Shown here: positions 21,710 to 34,100 of the stretch, piece by piece
How positions within the stretch are numbered: position 1 is the stretch's first letter
Layout of the letters: every line of letters starts with the position of its first letter
DNA from: Macrostomum lignano
Lineage: Eukaryota
Direction of reading: 5' to 3'
DNA length: 64,000 nucleotides
NCBI GenBank assembly: GCA_002269645.1
Contig: NIVC01001658.1
Span: 1 to 64,000, forward strand
Program-made: the position numbers and the translations under genes
Notes under the pieces: generated by a model
Told to the model about the DNA's origin: nothing
The model's input: the letters and a program-made list of their open reading frames with translations, nothing else
Database searches by the model: none

Positions 21710-22042
21710 TTTTTAAGAGGCAGGGACCCTGGCACGCTCAAGCGGACAGTGTACACAACCAGCGAGAGGAATTACTGCCCATTCCGCCGACTCGCCTGAG
21801 CAGGCACACAAGCGCGCGGATACGTACGCAGTCATACGCACACGCAGACACTCACACAGGAGTGTACAGCGGCCCTAACTTCATTTATCGTTATGGATGT
21901 ACACTTCACACTGTGCCTTGAGAACCAAGCCGAGATTCCAAATTAGCCCAAAATTAATGCGACTGCACTTGAAATCGAGCCTGGGCCGCTGGCACATCAG
22001 AGCGCCGCGTTAGACCACGACTACTCGTACAGGCTACGGCTC
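21710..22042 (-). mobile_element. Diverged minus-strand copy of the tRNA-derived SINE family
   Basis: The reverse complement begins gagccgtagcc...cccaggctcgatttcaagtgcagtc and follows the family consensus through gagtcggcggaatgggcagtaat. Confidence 0.75.
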
Positions 22043-22129
22043 ACCAGAAATGTACTTGAGCGCAGTCCCAGCAGGTAGCAAAGCGGCAATGCAACAATAA
22101 CAAAAAACAACAGAATACGCAGTTTTGCG

Positions 22130-23010
22130 TCACAGGGCGCGCTTCAGGGCCAGGTCACGAATGTACGCCACGCCGCCGACGAAACCGGGGTGCCGGCGTC
22201 AGCCAGCAGGCAGTCGACGAAATGCCAAAGTGCGCGCCTGCCCCCGCCGGTAGGGTGCCTGCAGAGTTAGCAGCAGCACCTCCTGCACCGGCTCTGGGTA
22301 GTACGAATGATGTGCGAATGATGCGCGGATGATGTGGCCTGCCAGCTGTAGTCGCCGACGGCGCAACAGGTCGCTTGGCCAGGCCGGCGCAGCGATACAA
22401 AGCTGCTTTAGTCACTCGCTCGTAGCCGATCTTGAAGGCGGCGCGCAGCAGGCCAGCTGCGCCGCGTCAACTTGCTGCTGGAGCGACCCCCGCAGCTAGC
22501 GTCCAGGTCTCGGCGTTGTACAGCAGGACGGTCTCAATCACCGCCTGGAACAACGCCGCCCTCTGGCGGTCAGGTAAGGCCTCGGACTGCAGGCTGCCCT
22601 CACAGAACGAAAGGCAGTCCAGGCAAGCCCGCGGCGACGCCGCAAATCCTCGCGGACGCCGTGAACCAGGTAGACGAACTGCTGACAACGCGGAAGCTCT
22701 GTCGCCTGTCCATCAGCGCCTCGGCATAAAATCGCAGCCTCGATGTCGTCCGGCCCGCATATCACGACGACGGTCTTCTGCGTGTTGACCACCAAGCCGA
22801 CACTCGCCGCAACAGCAACTAGCTTGTCCAGTTGTCGCTGGGCGCCCTCGACAGTTGAGGACAGCAGGGCGGGGTCGTCGGCGTAGCCAAGCACGCTGAG
22901 CCGCCTCTCCGGTTGACGTCGACCCACGTGTCGCCGCAACAGAAAGCCGTTGTTGTTGGTCGTTAGTCCTCAGCACCCAGTCAAGCACCAGGACGAACAG
23001 GAACGGCTTT
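22130..23010 (-). mobile_element. 5'-truncated degenerate RTE-like LINE RT fragment
   Basis: PFLFVLVLDWVLR, LSVLGYADDPALLSSTVEGAQRQLDKL, VGLVVNTQKTVV and RAALFQAVIETVLLYNAETWTL occur in shifting frames. Confidence 0.85.
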
Positions 23011-23601
23011 CTTTTTATTGCTTAAAAACAATAAATTGTATTGTTTTATTGTTTTATTGTTTTATTGTAAACACGTACTTTCTATAAATTCGACAATTTA
23101 ATAGCACATTTTGCATTTTGCATATAGTCTCGTGGATATATTTGAACGGTGTTACATGTACGCTCTTATTACACTGCAATAACACTTACTCAGCTTTTGA
23201 AGTACAGTACTACCTATAATGAAGCTCAATATCCGCTCAAAAATACGTGAATACCCTAATTGTTATCGAGGTATGGTTTCTCCGAGCTAAAGCGGAATTA
23301 CCTTGGTACAGCCTTAGAAAATCCTCTGGTTATAATTTACATTGGACTGCATGCCCTTTATCGGGAGCCTCTTCTTATAATCGCTTTGCTTGTACATTGT
23401 ATCTAAAAATAGAACTGCGTCTCATGACTTCAAATAAACAATGAATAATCCGTGGATTGACCGTGGAATACCTGTGGAAAATTCCGCCAAAACTCTACAT
23501 CGTTGGCACCGAGAAGAAATGCTTCGAAAATTTAAAAATGCACTTGTGCTTGTGCAGAAATTCAGAAAAATTCATACTGAAAGCAGACACTTGTAGGTGT
23601 C

Positions 23602-26467
23602 ATGAACTCAAAGAGCGTCAAATCATTGAATGTTAAACGAAGCGAGAATACAAGTATGTTAGGCAAATGTAAGTTACAGTTTACATATTTAGGTTCAATT
23701 GTACGTGTGCCGTAGGTCCTTTGCTACAAATGCTTCTATAGTAAATTTTCGATCTTAAATTTGAAACAGGTAGTGATACTTTTGCAGACATTCTTCGCTG
23801 CGTTCGCAGGCAAGTACCCTTCTCTGTCTGTCAGACTGTTTTAAAAATTCTCAAAACACTTACGAGTACGTGACGCTTTGGTATTTATACTGTTTTTCAA
23901 TTTCACTGATGGAAAAAAACGAGGTAAATTATTAATTACTAAGCTTGATAATTTTCAGATTAAATTCAATTATTAAAGCATTACGAGAGCGTATCCAGGA
24001 CAGTGTGGCAGCAATAAAATTGTGGGATCATCACATAAATCCACTTGATGACAGAGTAGAATGCCACAATCTTGAGACTATGGCGAGTCTGCTGAACAAA
24101 CTTGTAAGTCAATTTGAGAACTTTGATAGTTTTAGCAACGAGGGCTTCAACACCAGGGGCTTTAGCACCAGGGGCTTTAGCACCAGGGGCTTTAGCACCA
24201 GGGGCTTTAGCACCAGTGGCTTTAGCACCAGGGGCTTTAGCACCAGGGGCTTTAGCACCAGTGGCTTTAGCACCAGTGGCTTTAGCACCAAGGGGCTTTA
24301 GCACCAGTGGCTTTAGCACCAGTGGCTTTAGCACCAGTGGCTTTAGCACCAGGGGCTTTAGCACCAGGGGCTTTAGCACCAGGGGATTTAGCACCAGGGG
24401 ATTTAGCACCAGGGGCGCCAGCACCAGGGGCGCCAGCACCAGGGGCGCCAGCACCAGGGGCGCCAGCACCAGGGGCGCCAGCACCAGGGGCGCCAGCACC
24501 AGGGGCGCTAGCACAAGGGGCGCCAGCACCAGGGGCGCTAGCACAAGGGGCGCTAGCACAAGGGGCGCAACCACAAGGGGCGCCACCACAAGGGGCGCCA
24601 CCACAAGGGGCGCCACCACAAGGGGCGCCACCACAAGGGGCGCCAGCTCCTGAGTATTAGAACTTAGCATTAGATCTGCAAAGCTGCTGTAAAAGGGCGC
24701 CAAATGAGCTGGCAAGAGGTGCCACTGTTTGCCATCCTACGGAGTGGGGGCAGCCCCTTACTTTCCTTAAGCTTCATAATTACATATATGCATAAGCGCC
24801 AGCTTCATGCACATCCTATTATTTGTCTTTTACGGCTGCCTTTCAGTGCACAGTTCAGGAAGATATTCAATGCCTGACGGTTCAACTGGCAAACGGAGTG
24901 GCTGAGGCCTTAGATTATCTGCAGAGCATACAGCATTCGGCTGACGAAGGCTGGGATGGAGAAGTCACTACGGACTGTGTACTTATTGACGAGCATCTGA
25001 ATGCAAAGGTAAGGCGCAGTGCTCACGATTCACACACTAAAATCGCTTGTCAAGACATTGAAACTGACATCGTGTGACTCCCGATCAATGCTAATTTTTC
25101 AGGTTTCACTCGCAACGGATTCACTAAAAGCTACGGGATTTCAAGATCGAACAGCTTCTAAAGAACATCGTCGAGACTCTTTCCGGCAGCGAAATCAGCT
25201 TAGGGGAATATTTTATAAGTATACCATCTTTGTTTTGGAACTTTTCTCTAAAATCTTATTAAAGAAAACAGTAATGCCAGAGAGCTTCGAACAGCTGCTA
25301 AAATTGCGGACGCGTCCGAAACGATTTATTAATCATCTGGAAGAACTCTGGAGTGAAGCGCGAACTAAGGGCCGCAGAGACAGTACAAATCTGACTCGAC
25401 TTAAGTCAACGATTGTTCAAGTTGCAAGCATCACCTTGTCCGAGAAGGAAGCAACCATGGCCGAAGTGAGTCAGCTTTGGAAACGCAGCGGCTTATTAAA
25501 GCAAGCACTGATTGATCGAGAACTTGTACTTCAAGTACTCCAAGGTACAATGGATAAAAGCGTTGACTTGTGGTCTGGAGATTCGGCAGCTGGCACTCTT
25601 ATGGACAAGAAAACACGGAGCTTTACTGAAACTGGAAAACCAACAGAGGAAGCATGTAAAATGGAGATTTTTTCAACTGCTACAGCATCAACTAAGACAA
25701 GCAGAGTTACCGTCACGAATCTCCCTGATAACCGACAGTTTTTCAGCGGTACGTCAAAGTCAAAGACGTTTTTTGTCTTGTCTAAAAGTACGCTTATGAC
25801 GTGTGCTGCGCCACGAAAAAAGAATGGTTTGAGACAGCTGTTTTCCAAGATGTTCTTATCTATTTTAGCTAATCAGTTGCGTAATGCAGTCGGTAAGATT
25901 TAAAATAAAAAGGATTTAAAGTAATAGCGACATCTGTCCAATAGACATTACCAATAGGTAATTTCCAAACATTTGTTTTAATTTCATCAAGCTATCAAAA
26001 CTCTGTTCTAATATAAATTAGCAGCAAAATTAGGTCCTTCAGAGATTGGCTTCAGCGGGAGCCCAGGTGGCCTGACTATCAGCATCTCGTCGATAGCCAG
26101 TGACCTCTCGACTGCAGTAGTCAGACAGACTATTCCCGCTATGCTAGGCGATGAAGTTGACCTGCTAACTAGAAGCTACTCAAGTGCGACAGTCAACCAC
26201 GAGCTCATTAAACGACTGTGCAACTGCTCTGAAATTGTTGACCGACTGAAACTGATTCTACTTGAGCTGGATAGCTTAATGACGGTCAGACATCATTTTG
26301 GAATCGACTCGAGTAACCAAGCTATCTCTGGTGGACAAGCCGAAACAATTCTAAGAAATTTGCGTGAAAGAGAGCTCATATCGGCAAGAGATCTCGGATC
26401 GGCCTTTAAAAAGTGCGGCTGCTTAAATGGTCTACGAATTCTGCGAGATTTTGAGACGAGTAATTAA
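23602..26467 (+). CDS. Pseudokinase - death domain protein (565 aa, 6 exons), divergent paralog of the tandem-kinase gene
   Basis: Exons 23602-23668, 23770-23869 (3' end least certain), 23959-24103, 24847-25008, 25103-25892, 26034-26467; 1698 nt, same phase pattern as the kinase paralogs. G-loop is GKCSDTFA, TVLK Lys retained, the HRD loop is replaced by WDGEVTTDCVLIDEHLNAK and DFG by VSLATDS. The C-terminal domain DLLTRSY..LIKRLCN..FKKCGCLNGLRILRDF matches ELLQRSY..LARRLCN..LKRFGCLEGLKILREF of the tandem kinase. Confidence 0.8.
24140..24650. repeat. 15 bp minisatellite (caccaggggctttag and gcgccag variants) in intron 3 of the pseudokinase gene
   Basis: Period 15; same unit as 42025-42490. 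Confidence 0.95.
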
Positions 26468-27454
26468 GCCGGGTTGTGTGCAGATACCCATGATACCCAA
26501 ACTATAAGTGCGTTTGACCATAACCCAGCAAAGCTAGCCAAGTCACGTAGGGTGCAGTGTTTGCAAATTTTATTGATTCGCGTCGACCAGAAACACCTAG
26601 CATTAATATTTGGAAAAAACACACGCATTAAAAAACAAACGAAATAAAAAGCTAATATATTGAAAACTCAGTAAAATTTAATGGCCTAGAATTAATGAAG
26701 AGTCGAGTGCGATTAACATTTTTTAAAAGTAAGCATCCAAGAAAAATATTCAGGTACGATTTTGTCATTGAAACTTCACATGAATAACTTTCTTGTTTAT
26801 AATAAAGTCTGATTTGTCTATTCTACAACGATAAATGGCTCTGCATAGTTTACATTTTGTAAACCTAGCCGGTACATCGCAAAGTGACACTGTCTACCTA
26901 TCAACGCGTGAAATTGTTATAACTATACCATGTATATCACACATACAAAAACGCGATATATTAAGCAAGACAAAACCAACAAAAGCACCCTTGATGTTAA
27001 CTCTTCGCACATTAAAATGTTTTATTTTATTCAAGTAATACATTGTATACGATATGAACCTAAAACAGCTAGTGTATTTTATTGACAATGTAAACTCGCA
27101 TGACTCGCATGAATTTATAACTCGCATGATTATTTCAATCCATTTTGATAACGGTATAATATAACTATGTTGTACGAGTTTTCTTCAACCTAAGTCAGAC
27201 TTTTCATTTCTATTAAACTTCTTTTTATAAATACGGCTGCAAATATCACATGAGAAGGAGGATTGTAAGCTCAGCAGTATGAAAGCTTACATTTATATCT
27301 AATAGCTTTTGCGATCCTCGAACTCCGAGCACTATTACAACCGAAACAAGTATGAGTAGCTACAGCGACCGCCACATGCAGTATTACAGTGCAACAGCCA
27401 GTTACGTATTCTAAGCATAAAAATAGTTTTAACGCCGGAAAGTCAACTCTCGCT

Positions 27455-27610
27455 CCTTAGATCTCCACTCTCACTCCCAGATCTCCAATCTCACTCCCAG
27501 ATCTCCACTCTCGCACTCTCCCACTTTCCATTCCCGATCTCTCACTATTTAAGATCCCCATTGACACTCTTAGATCCCCCAATCTCACTCTCAAATCCCC
27601 AATCTACTAC
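27455..27610. repeat. Degenerate copies of the 20 bp ctcactctc..agat repeat
   Basis: Related to the 29575-30150 array. Confidence 0.6.
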
Positions 27611-28034
27611 CTAGATCTAAATCTAAACTACATATTCATCTACAGTAAAAGATGAACGTTTTTTTGCATTGCGAAAGGACAATTTTGAACAAAAATAGCT
27701 CATATCAGTGCGTTCTGCTATACTGTAATTAGCACTTAAGTAATACCTTGTTTTCTAACCTCGCTCCTATATTTTGGCCACTTAGTCAACTACCGAAAGC
27801 ATTTATACAGCTTTCTACGGCAACAGTTCTCAGTACAAACTATTCAACAACTACAGACTTCCGGCTCCGAAAAAAGGTGTTTCTATTTCTATATTTAAAA
27901 AATGTGTTTGCTTTAAAGACAAAATGCAAAAGCGACTTCTTTAGGAGACCAGTAAAGATTGAATTGAAGCCTTTAGAATGAAAAGTGTTTCCACTTACTT
28001 AAAGTAGCTACTTTCTATTGAAAATTTTGCTTTC

Positions 28035-28220
28035 ATAGACAATTCGTTGTCAGGCGCTGCGACCGATGATTCTTTGCATTGTTCTGCATAAAAAATACAA
28101 TCAATGGATAAATAATCAGCGGTCCCAGTGCGTGACAACGATTGTCTGGCGAGCGCCGGTAGGCGCGAGCCATAGACAAATCGTTGTCACGTGCTGCGAC
28201 CGCTGATTCTTTGCATTGTT
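28035..28220. repeat. Direct-inverted-direct repeat with a central GC hairpin (palindromic element of unknown class)
   Basis: Arms 28114-28147 and ~28174-28208 are imperfect reverse complements around gcgcc-ggta-ggcgc. 28035-28083 repeats 28172-28220 directly. Confidence 0.7.
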
Positions 28221-29094
28221 TTTCTGTTTGACGATCCTACAGACAATGCATTGTTTGTAGTAATGGATTGTTCTGCATTAAAAATGTGAATAATGATCGT
28301 CAAATTGCTAAACAATGACAATGACCGTCAAATTGCAGCTAAACAATGGCATTCGATGCGAGAGACTAACTAAAGTAGACTGCTAAAATATGGACCAACT
28401 TATTTAAATCGAAATTCATTTCAGAATGTAAAACTTCCGCATCTTTCTACCAGCTAGCTTTCTCGTCAGCCTTTTTTGCTTCTACATATACTGTTATCAG
28501 AAACTTTAAACAAAAGCTTACGACTAGCTAATTAAGTACGCTCGCACATGAAAAAAAATGTATTATCGCTTTATAACTTTATATAGCAAAATATATAGAA
28601 AGAGCAAATCACAGAATACGGAGCAAATAGCCTAGCTGATTATGTCTCGGTACCATGCATGTCAAAAGGAGTTAGTATATTCACTCAAGTGCATAATGTC
28701 CACACACACAATGAGTTTGCATGAGTTTTTAGTTCGACAAGTTTCACAAAGCCGTGAAGAATTTCTAAAAAGTTAGTTATATTAAATTAAAGTAAAATAA
28801 AGTGCATACTAATTTCGGTCCAATTTATGAGTTAAAAATTTCTCTGAGTATTCAAAAGTGCATACGGATATATTTACCATCGATAGGCTCTGACTGAGCT
28901 CCACAAGGTCTTTGTCGGCAAATTTTACTACTTAGTTATCAACTGTGCTAATTATCGGCATACAAGCTACATCAGCATCAACCAGATTACTCAACTACAG
29001 CTAAACTAACGTAGGAACCAATTTTGAATTTCGTTTTAGGATATAAGTATATTAAAAGCACGTTGCATAGAGAGAATACTTTCTCGGCAAGGAC

Positions 29095-29155
29095 ATGAAG
29101 AGTGCGGGACTTCTTGAATGGGCTTTCGCTTGGACTTTGCTGCTAACCGTAATTG
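29095..29155 (+). CDS. Duplicated signal-peptide exon ([21 protein letters not shown]) - alternative or orphan first exon of the Ly6-array gene
   Basis: 61 nt exon with a phase-1 gtaag donor, nearly identical to 31189-31249. It lies within a ~0.5 kb duplication (28665-29200 versus 30815-31300). Confidence 0.65.
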
Positions 29156-29574
29156 GTAAGTCATTTGTTGACTGTTAGTCCTTGGTATTTACTTATAGCA
29201 ACGTAGGTTGGAAGTTCCATCAAGAAAGTAGACTACAGTACTACAAATTCACAAAGAGCCTTAGCACCAGGAGCCTTAGCACCAGGGGCGCCGGCAACAG
29301 TCATTAGGGGCACTACAAATGAGGGCAACGTATCACAGTATACTAAACTGGCACTTAAGGGACAGAATTGGGAGAAATTGATCGGCTCCATTGTATTTGG
29401 TTTCAGCTTTACAATAGCTATATTTGTTGGGGGTTAAGTTATCGAAAAAATATAAATATTATTATCAATAACCATCCTACACATACATATCACAATTTCA
29501 CTATAACAGGTTACAGTAATACGCTTCTTTAAAAGCCTTCAACGTCTAAACTTCCGTATTAATTTCATTAAATT

Positions 29575-30150
29575 ACTCTCGCTCCCAGATCCTCACTCTC
29601 GCTCTCAGATCCTCACTCTCGCTCCCAGATCCTCACTCTCGCTCTCAGATCCTCACTCTCGCTCCCAGATCCTCACTCTCGCTCTCAGATCCTCACTCTC
29701 GCTCTCAGATCCTCACTCTCGCTCCCAGATCCTCACTATCGCTCTCAGATCCTCACTCTCGCTCTCAGATCCTCACTCTCGCTCCCAGATCCTCACTCTC
29801 GCTCCCAGATCCTCACTCTCGCTCTCAGATGCTCACTCTCGCTCCCAGATCCTCACTCTCGCTCTCAGATCCTCACTCTCGCTCCCAGATCCTCACTCTC
29901 GCTCTCAGATGCTCACTCTCGCTCCCAGATCCCCACTCTCGCTCCCAGATCCTCACTCTCGCTCTCAGATCCTCACTCTCGCTCTCAAATCCTCACTCTC
30001 GCTCTCAAATCCTCACTCTCGCTCTCAGATCCTCACTCTCGCTCTCAGATCCTCACTCTCGCTCTCAAATCCTCACTCTCGCTCTCAAATCATCACTCTC
30101 GCTCCCAGATCCTCACTCTCGCTCCCAGCTCCTCACTCTCGCTCCCAGAA
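29575..30150. repeat. 20 bp minisatellite (cctcactctcgctc(t/c)cagat)
   Basis: About 28 near-perfect copies. Confidence 0.95.
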
Positions 30151-30289
30151 CTCCCAGAGCGGGGCCATCAGCTGCTAATTTTCTACTCCACTGTCATGGT
30201 TTTATGTAACCAGATGGAACCAAAAGCGGCCTGTGTCGCCCGCTATTCTAATGGAGATGTGACGACTAGTGGACGACTCCGATGGACTT

Positions 30290-30560
30290 CAGCTGGCCTG
30301 CTGGGCTGTCACCGTCTGCTGCTGGTGGGGGGAGGGTCCGGCACTTTCCTGTCGCGCTGACCTGCTTCAGCATCCAAAGGATCTTGTTTTGCGCTGCGAA
30401 TTCGGCAAGACCATCCAGTACAAAGAGCGAAGTCACATGGTGCTGCTGCCGAGATTGACATGGCGGTGCCCGGTGAACGCAGTCGAGCGACACATCCAAC
30501 GGATTGCGGTCAGCGGAGGGTGTTCGACGAGAACTGTAATCCGCGCACAGTCTGCGTAGA
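30290..30560 (+). mobile_element. Fragment resembling a tyrosine recombinase of DIRS-type (YR) retroelements
   Basis: LSCRADLLQHPKDLVLRCEFGKTIQYKERSHMVLLPRLTWRCPVNAVERHI resembles the YR segment (SKTIQFxER..lPR....CPVxAl) as I recall it. No complete element is visible. Confidence 0.5.
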
Positions 30561-31142
30561 GGAGGTGCCACCTGGGCGTCAGTGCTTGGCCTCCCAGTGT
30601 CTGACATCATGCGCACTGGTTACTGGAGGAGTGAGGCTGTGCAGCGATACCTCCCTCGGTTTCATCAGGCTGCTGCAACTTTTGCCAGTAGTGTCTCAGC
30701 CCTGTTTTAGCTCCCCATTTTCTGCTCCTATCTCCTTTGCTTGCTTTGGGTTTGGGGGCCGCTTTGTGTATCGCCTCTCGATTGATTCTCGCCAAAAATA
30801 ATATTGCTGATCACAAGGAGTTAGTATTCACTCAAGTGCATCAGGTCAACCGTTTTTTGCACACGCATTGGGTTTATAATAGTTTAGTTCGAAAAATTTC
30901 ACAAAGCCGTCTAAACAGTTAGTGATATGAAATTGTTTTGAAATAAAGTACATACTAAGTTCAGTCTAATTTATGAGTTAATAAGCACTTCTCTGAGTAT
31001 TCATAAGAGTACAGATATATTTACCATAGATCAGCTCTGATTGAGCTTGACAACAGGCACTAGTCGGCAAACTGCGCTAATTATCGGCACACAAATTAAT
31101 GTATCAGAATCAACCAATTTTGACCTTCGCTAGGATATAAGA

Positions 31143-31149
31143 TATAAAA
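31143..31149 (+). promoter_or_regulatory. TATA box (TATAAAA) of the Ly6-array gene
   Basis: Lies 40 nt upstream of ATG 31189. The upstream duplicate reads tatattaaaa at 29048-29057. Confidence 0.6.
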
Positions 31150-31188
31150 GCACGTTGCATAGTGAGAATATACTTTCTCGGCAAGGAC

Positions 31189-34100
31189 ATGAAGAGTGCG
31201 GGACTTCTTGAATCGGCTCTCGCTTGGACTTTACTGCTAACCGTAATTGGTAAGCCATTTGTTGACTGTTAAAATATTAGTCCTGGTGTTTACTTATAGC
31301 TAGTTACATGTAGTTACATGCAGAGGTCAATATAGTCGCAAACGAGCTCTAAAAAATGGGGTCCTGCGCACGGATTCAAATCTGGGGTTGTTTTGCGGGA
31401 GAGAGCGAGTAGCCTCGACCGTTAAGCAATTCTACCACTGTATGAAATATTTACCATCTAGCTTTAGACCAGAGGCACGTCTTTGCATTAGGTTCACGAT
31501 TTTTCACAGATTGTGCTGAGCAAATTCTCAAGTTAAATAAAAGCTAGAGAATTTGAGAACTTTCTAATAAAAGTTAAATAAGTTTTTGCGTTCGTGTCAA
31601 CTACTCGTATATCAACGCAGGTTGGAAGCTGCATTGCAAAAACTTAAAAGTAGACTACTAATTACATGCGATGTGGCTATGAAACAATTGATTTTCAGCC
31701 AACTATCAGCGCTTTTTGGTGTTTAATGATTGATACTTATAAAATTTTACCAGTGTATATTTAATTTTGACATTGCAGCGACTGCTGCAGGCCTGGAATG
31801 CCATGATCAAGAAAGCACAAATCACACAATAAAATGCTCGGATCATCAGAAAACTTGCGCTCGAAGCTACTTTAGCGACGGTGTAAGAATACTAACAGTG
31901 CAAAGTGTTAATTCGAATCTACGAATTTCAAAGTCAGATTTTCAAAAAAATGTTATCATCTCACTTCTAATTTTAGAAATTTATGGGTGCTTCCTGTGGC
32001 GATTGCACCAAGTTTCATTTCGCCGCGCTCTCAGTCGGATTAACGGCGTTCTGCAAAACCTGCAGCGACGACAAGTGCAACTCTGCTAAGCTAACAAACG
32101 GCTTATGTAAGCTTCGGTGCGAATCAAAAATGCAGTAGTAAGCAAGGAAGATCATATATACACAAGATGGGCCACTCATTAACCACTTATGTGGCCATAG
32201 AAGCTAATGTGAATAATTGTGCCACTCGCGACAGCACGAAAATCAACTACTGCACTCAATTTCGTCAGTAGTCTCTGCAGAGCATGCATCATTCTTAGTT
32301 TGATTGAGTATAGCTTTTTATATAATTCACGAGAATTTCTATCAAATTCTTAAAAAATAGCGTCTATGTCCCTAAGCTACAGAACTCAAATTTATAAGCA
32401 ACCAATTATTTAAAGCCTGTTTTTCCTGATCTTGTCTAATTTATAAAAATTATCTAGTACATGCACGTGTAGATAGTAATACAAGTAGCTAATAAAAAAA
32501 CAGGAGCGTCGCCAGGGGGGACAGGGGGGACATGTTCCCTCCAGTAAAAAATCTGGGGCAAATGCCAATGCTTTGTCTCCCCCTTACCCCACCTTTTGTA
32601 TGACCCGTTGTGGAAATCAATCATCTTGCTGCAAGGCGACAAAACATAGCGCCTGCGGCGCCAAAATGAGTGCCTGCGGCGCCAAAATGGTGTCTGTGGC
32701 GCCAAAATAAGTGCCTGCGGCGCCAAAATGGTTCCTGTAGCACTAAATTGAGTGCTGACAACACTGCTGATTCTGAAAATAATGTACATGCAGCAGTTTT
32801 GTAATATAATCCACCATAAAATCCAATGCGACGTCCTTTGAAAATAAGCATAAGAAAGTCAGTTGTTGCAAAAGCCTATTTTATAATAACACTTCAGCTT
32901 TCAGCCCTCAATTCTCCTGCTCGGTCGGATCCAACTTGATTGTGCTCTGCAACACTGGGGTCAGCGTGTGTTTTCGAGCTAAATACAGCAATGGAGTAAG
33001 TTACGCTAGTATTTATTGCTAGAATTATTTATTAATCATGTTTTAATAGTCGTGTGACTAAATGAGCATCTTATTTCTTTTTTGTTATAAATACAGCGTA
33101 CAATGAGCGGTTGCGGCGAGTGTGCCGGCATCATGGCTGAGGCCTTGAAAGAGAAAAAAGCAGTCGCATGCAAAACCTGTTCGACAGCTAAGTGCAATAC
33201 CGAAGTTCTATTGACTGTCGAAGGTAAGTAAATCTACATTTACTGTGCATAATCAGATTTGTTATTAGTTAATAAAGAAAGAAGCAAATTTCAATGACAA
33301 GTTACAAGTTACACAATATTAATTGGAAACGCCTTTAGTAGCAAAGGAAGTAGCAAGTAGCAAAATGACAAAATAAAGCCTTCACAAAGATAACTTCCTT
33401 AAATAGACAGCATCCCAATTACCGCAACTATCCCCCAGAATGAAAGCGTTCTCCAGATAGACAGTATCCCCCAGATAGAAAGCATGCCCTAGATACCAAG
33501 CATCCCAGATAGCAAGCATAGCAAGCATCCCTGAATAGAAAGAATTCTTAGCTAGCAAGTACCCCCCAATACAAGCATCCCCCAAATACAATACTAGCAA
33601 TTAAGCATCCCCCCAGAAAGCAAGCATAATTTAAATTGATCGAAAACTCTGTAAAAAAGATCAGGTTGCTGCGCCACAATGAAAAAACAGTATAACAAAT
33701 TAATTTTAAAAAGCTTAGGCTCAGCGCATTCTAAAACTTTCGTCAATTGTGATCGCAATCTTCAAGTCACCAGCATTTACCTTTGTCGCACTATCTGCAA
33801 CGGATTTTGTGTCGTTAGAATTCATATTTTGCGCTGTTGGCTAAAGTAAATTAAAAAGTAACAGCAAAATCATTTTGCTTGATTAGGGTTAGCATTTTAT
33901 CGGTCTTAACAGCACTCAAGCTTGACAATGACTTTATTAGCTATTTGTTTTAAATCATACACACTGATAGCCGTAGGTCTACATGGAATGTAAATGAATT
34001 CTTAGTTTTCTCACGATGCTTTGGAAACAAAATGCTGCTATAGAGGAAAACAATTTCTTATGAATATATCCACCCTATATTGATTTCGAATGTTACATAT

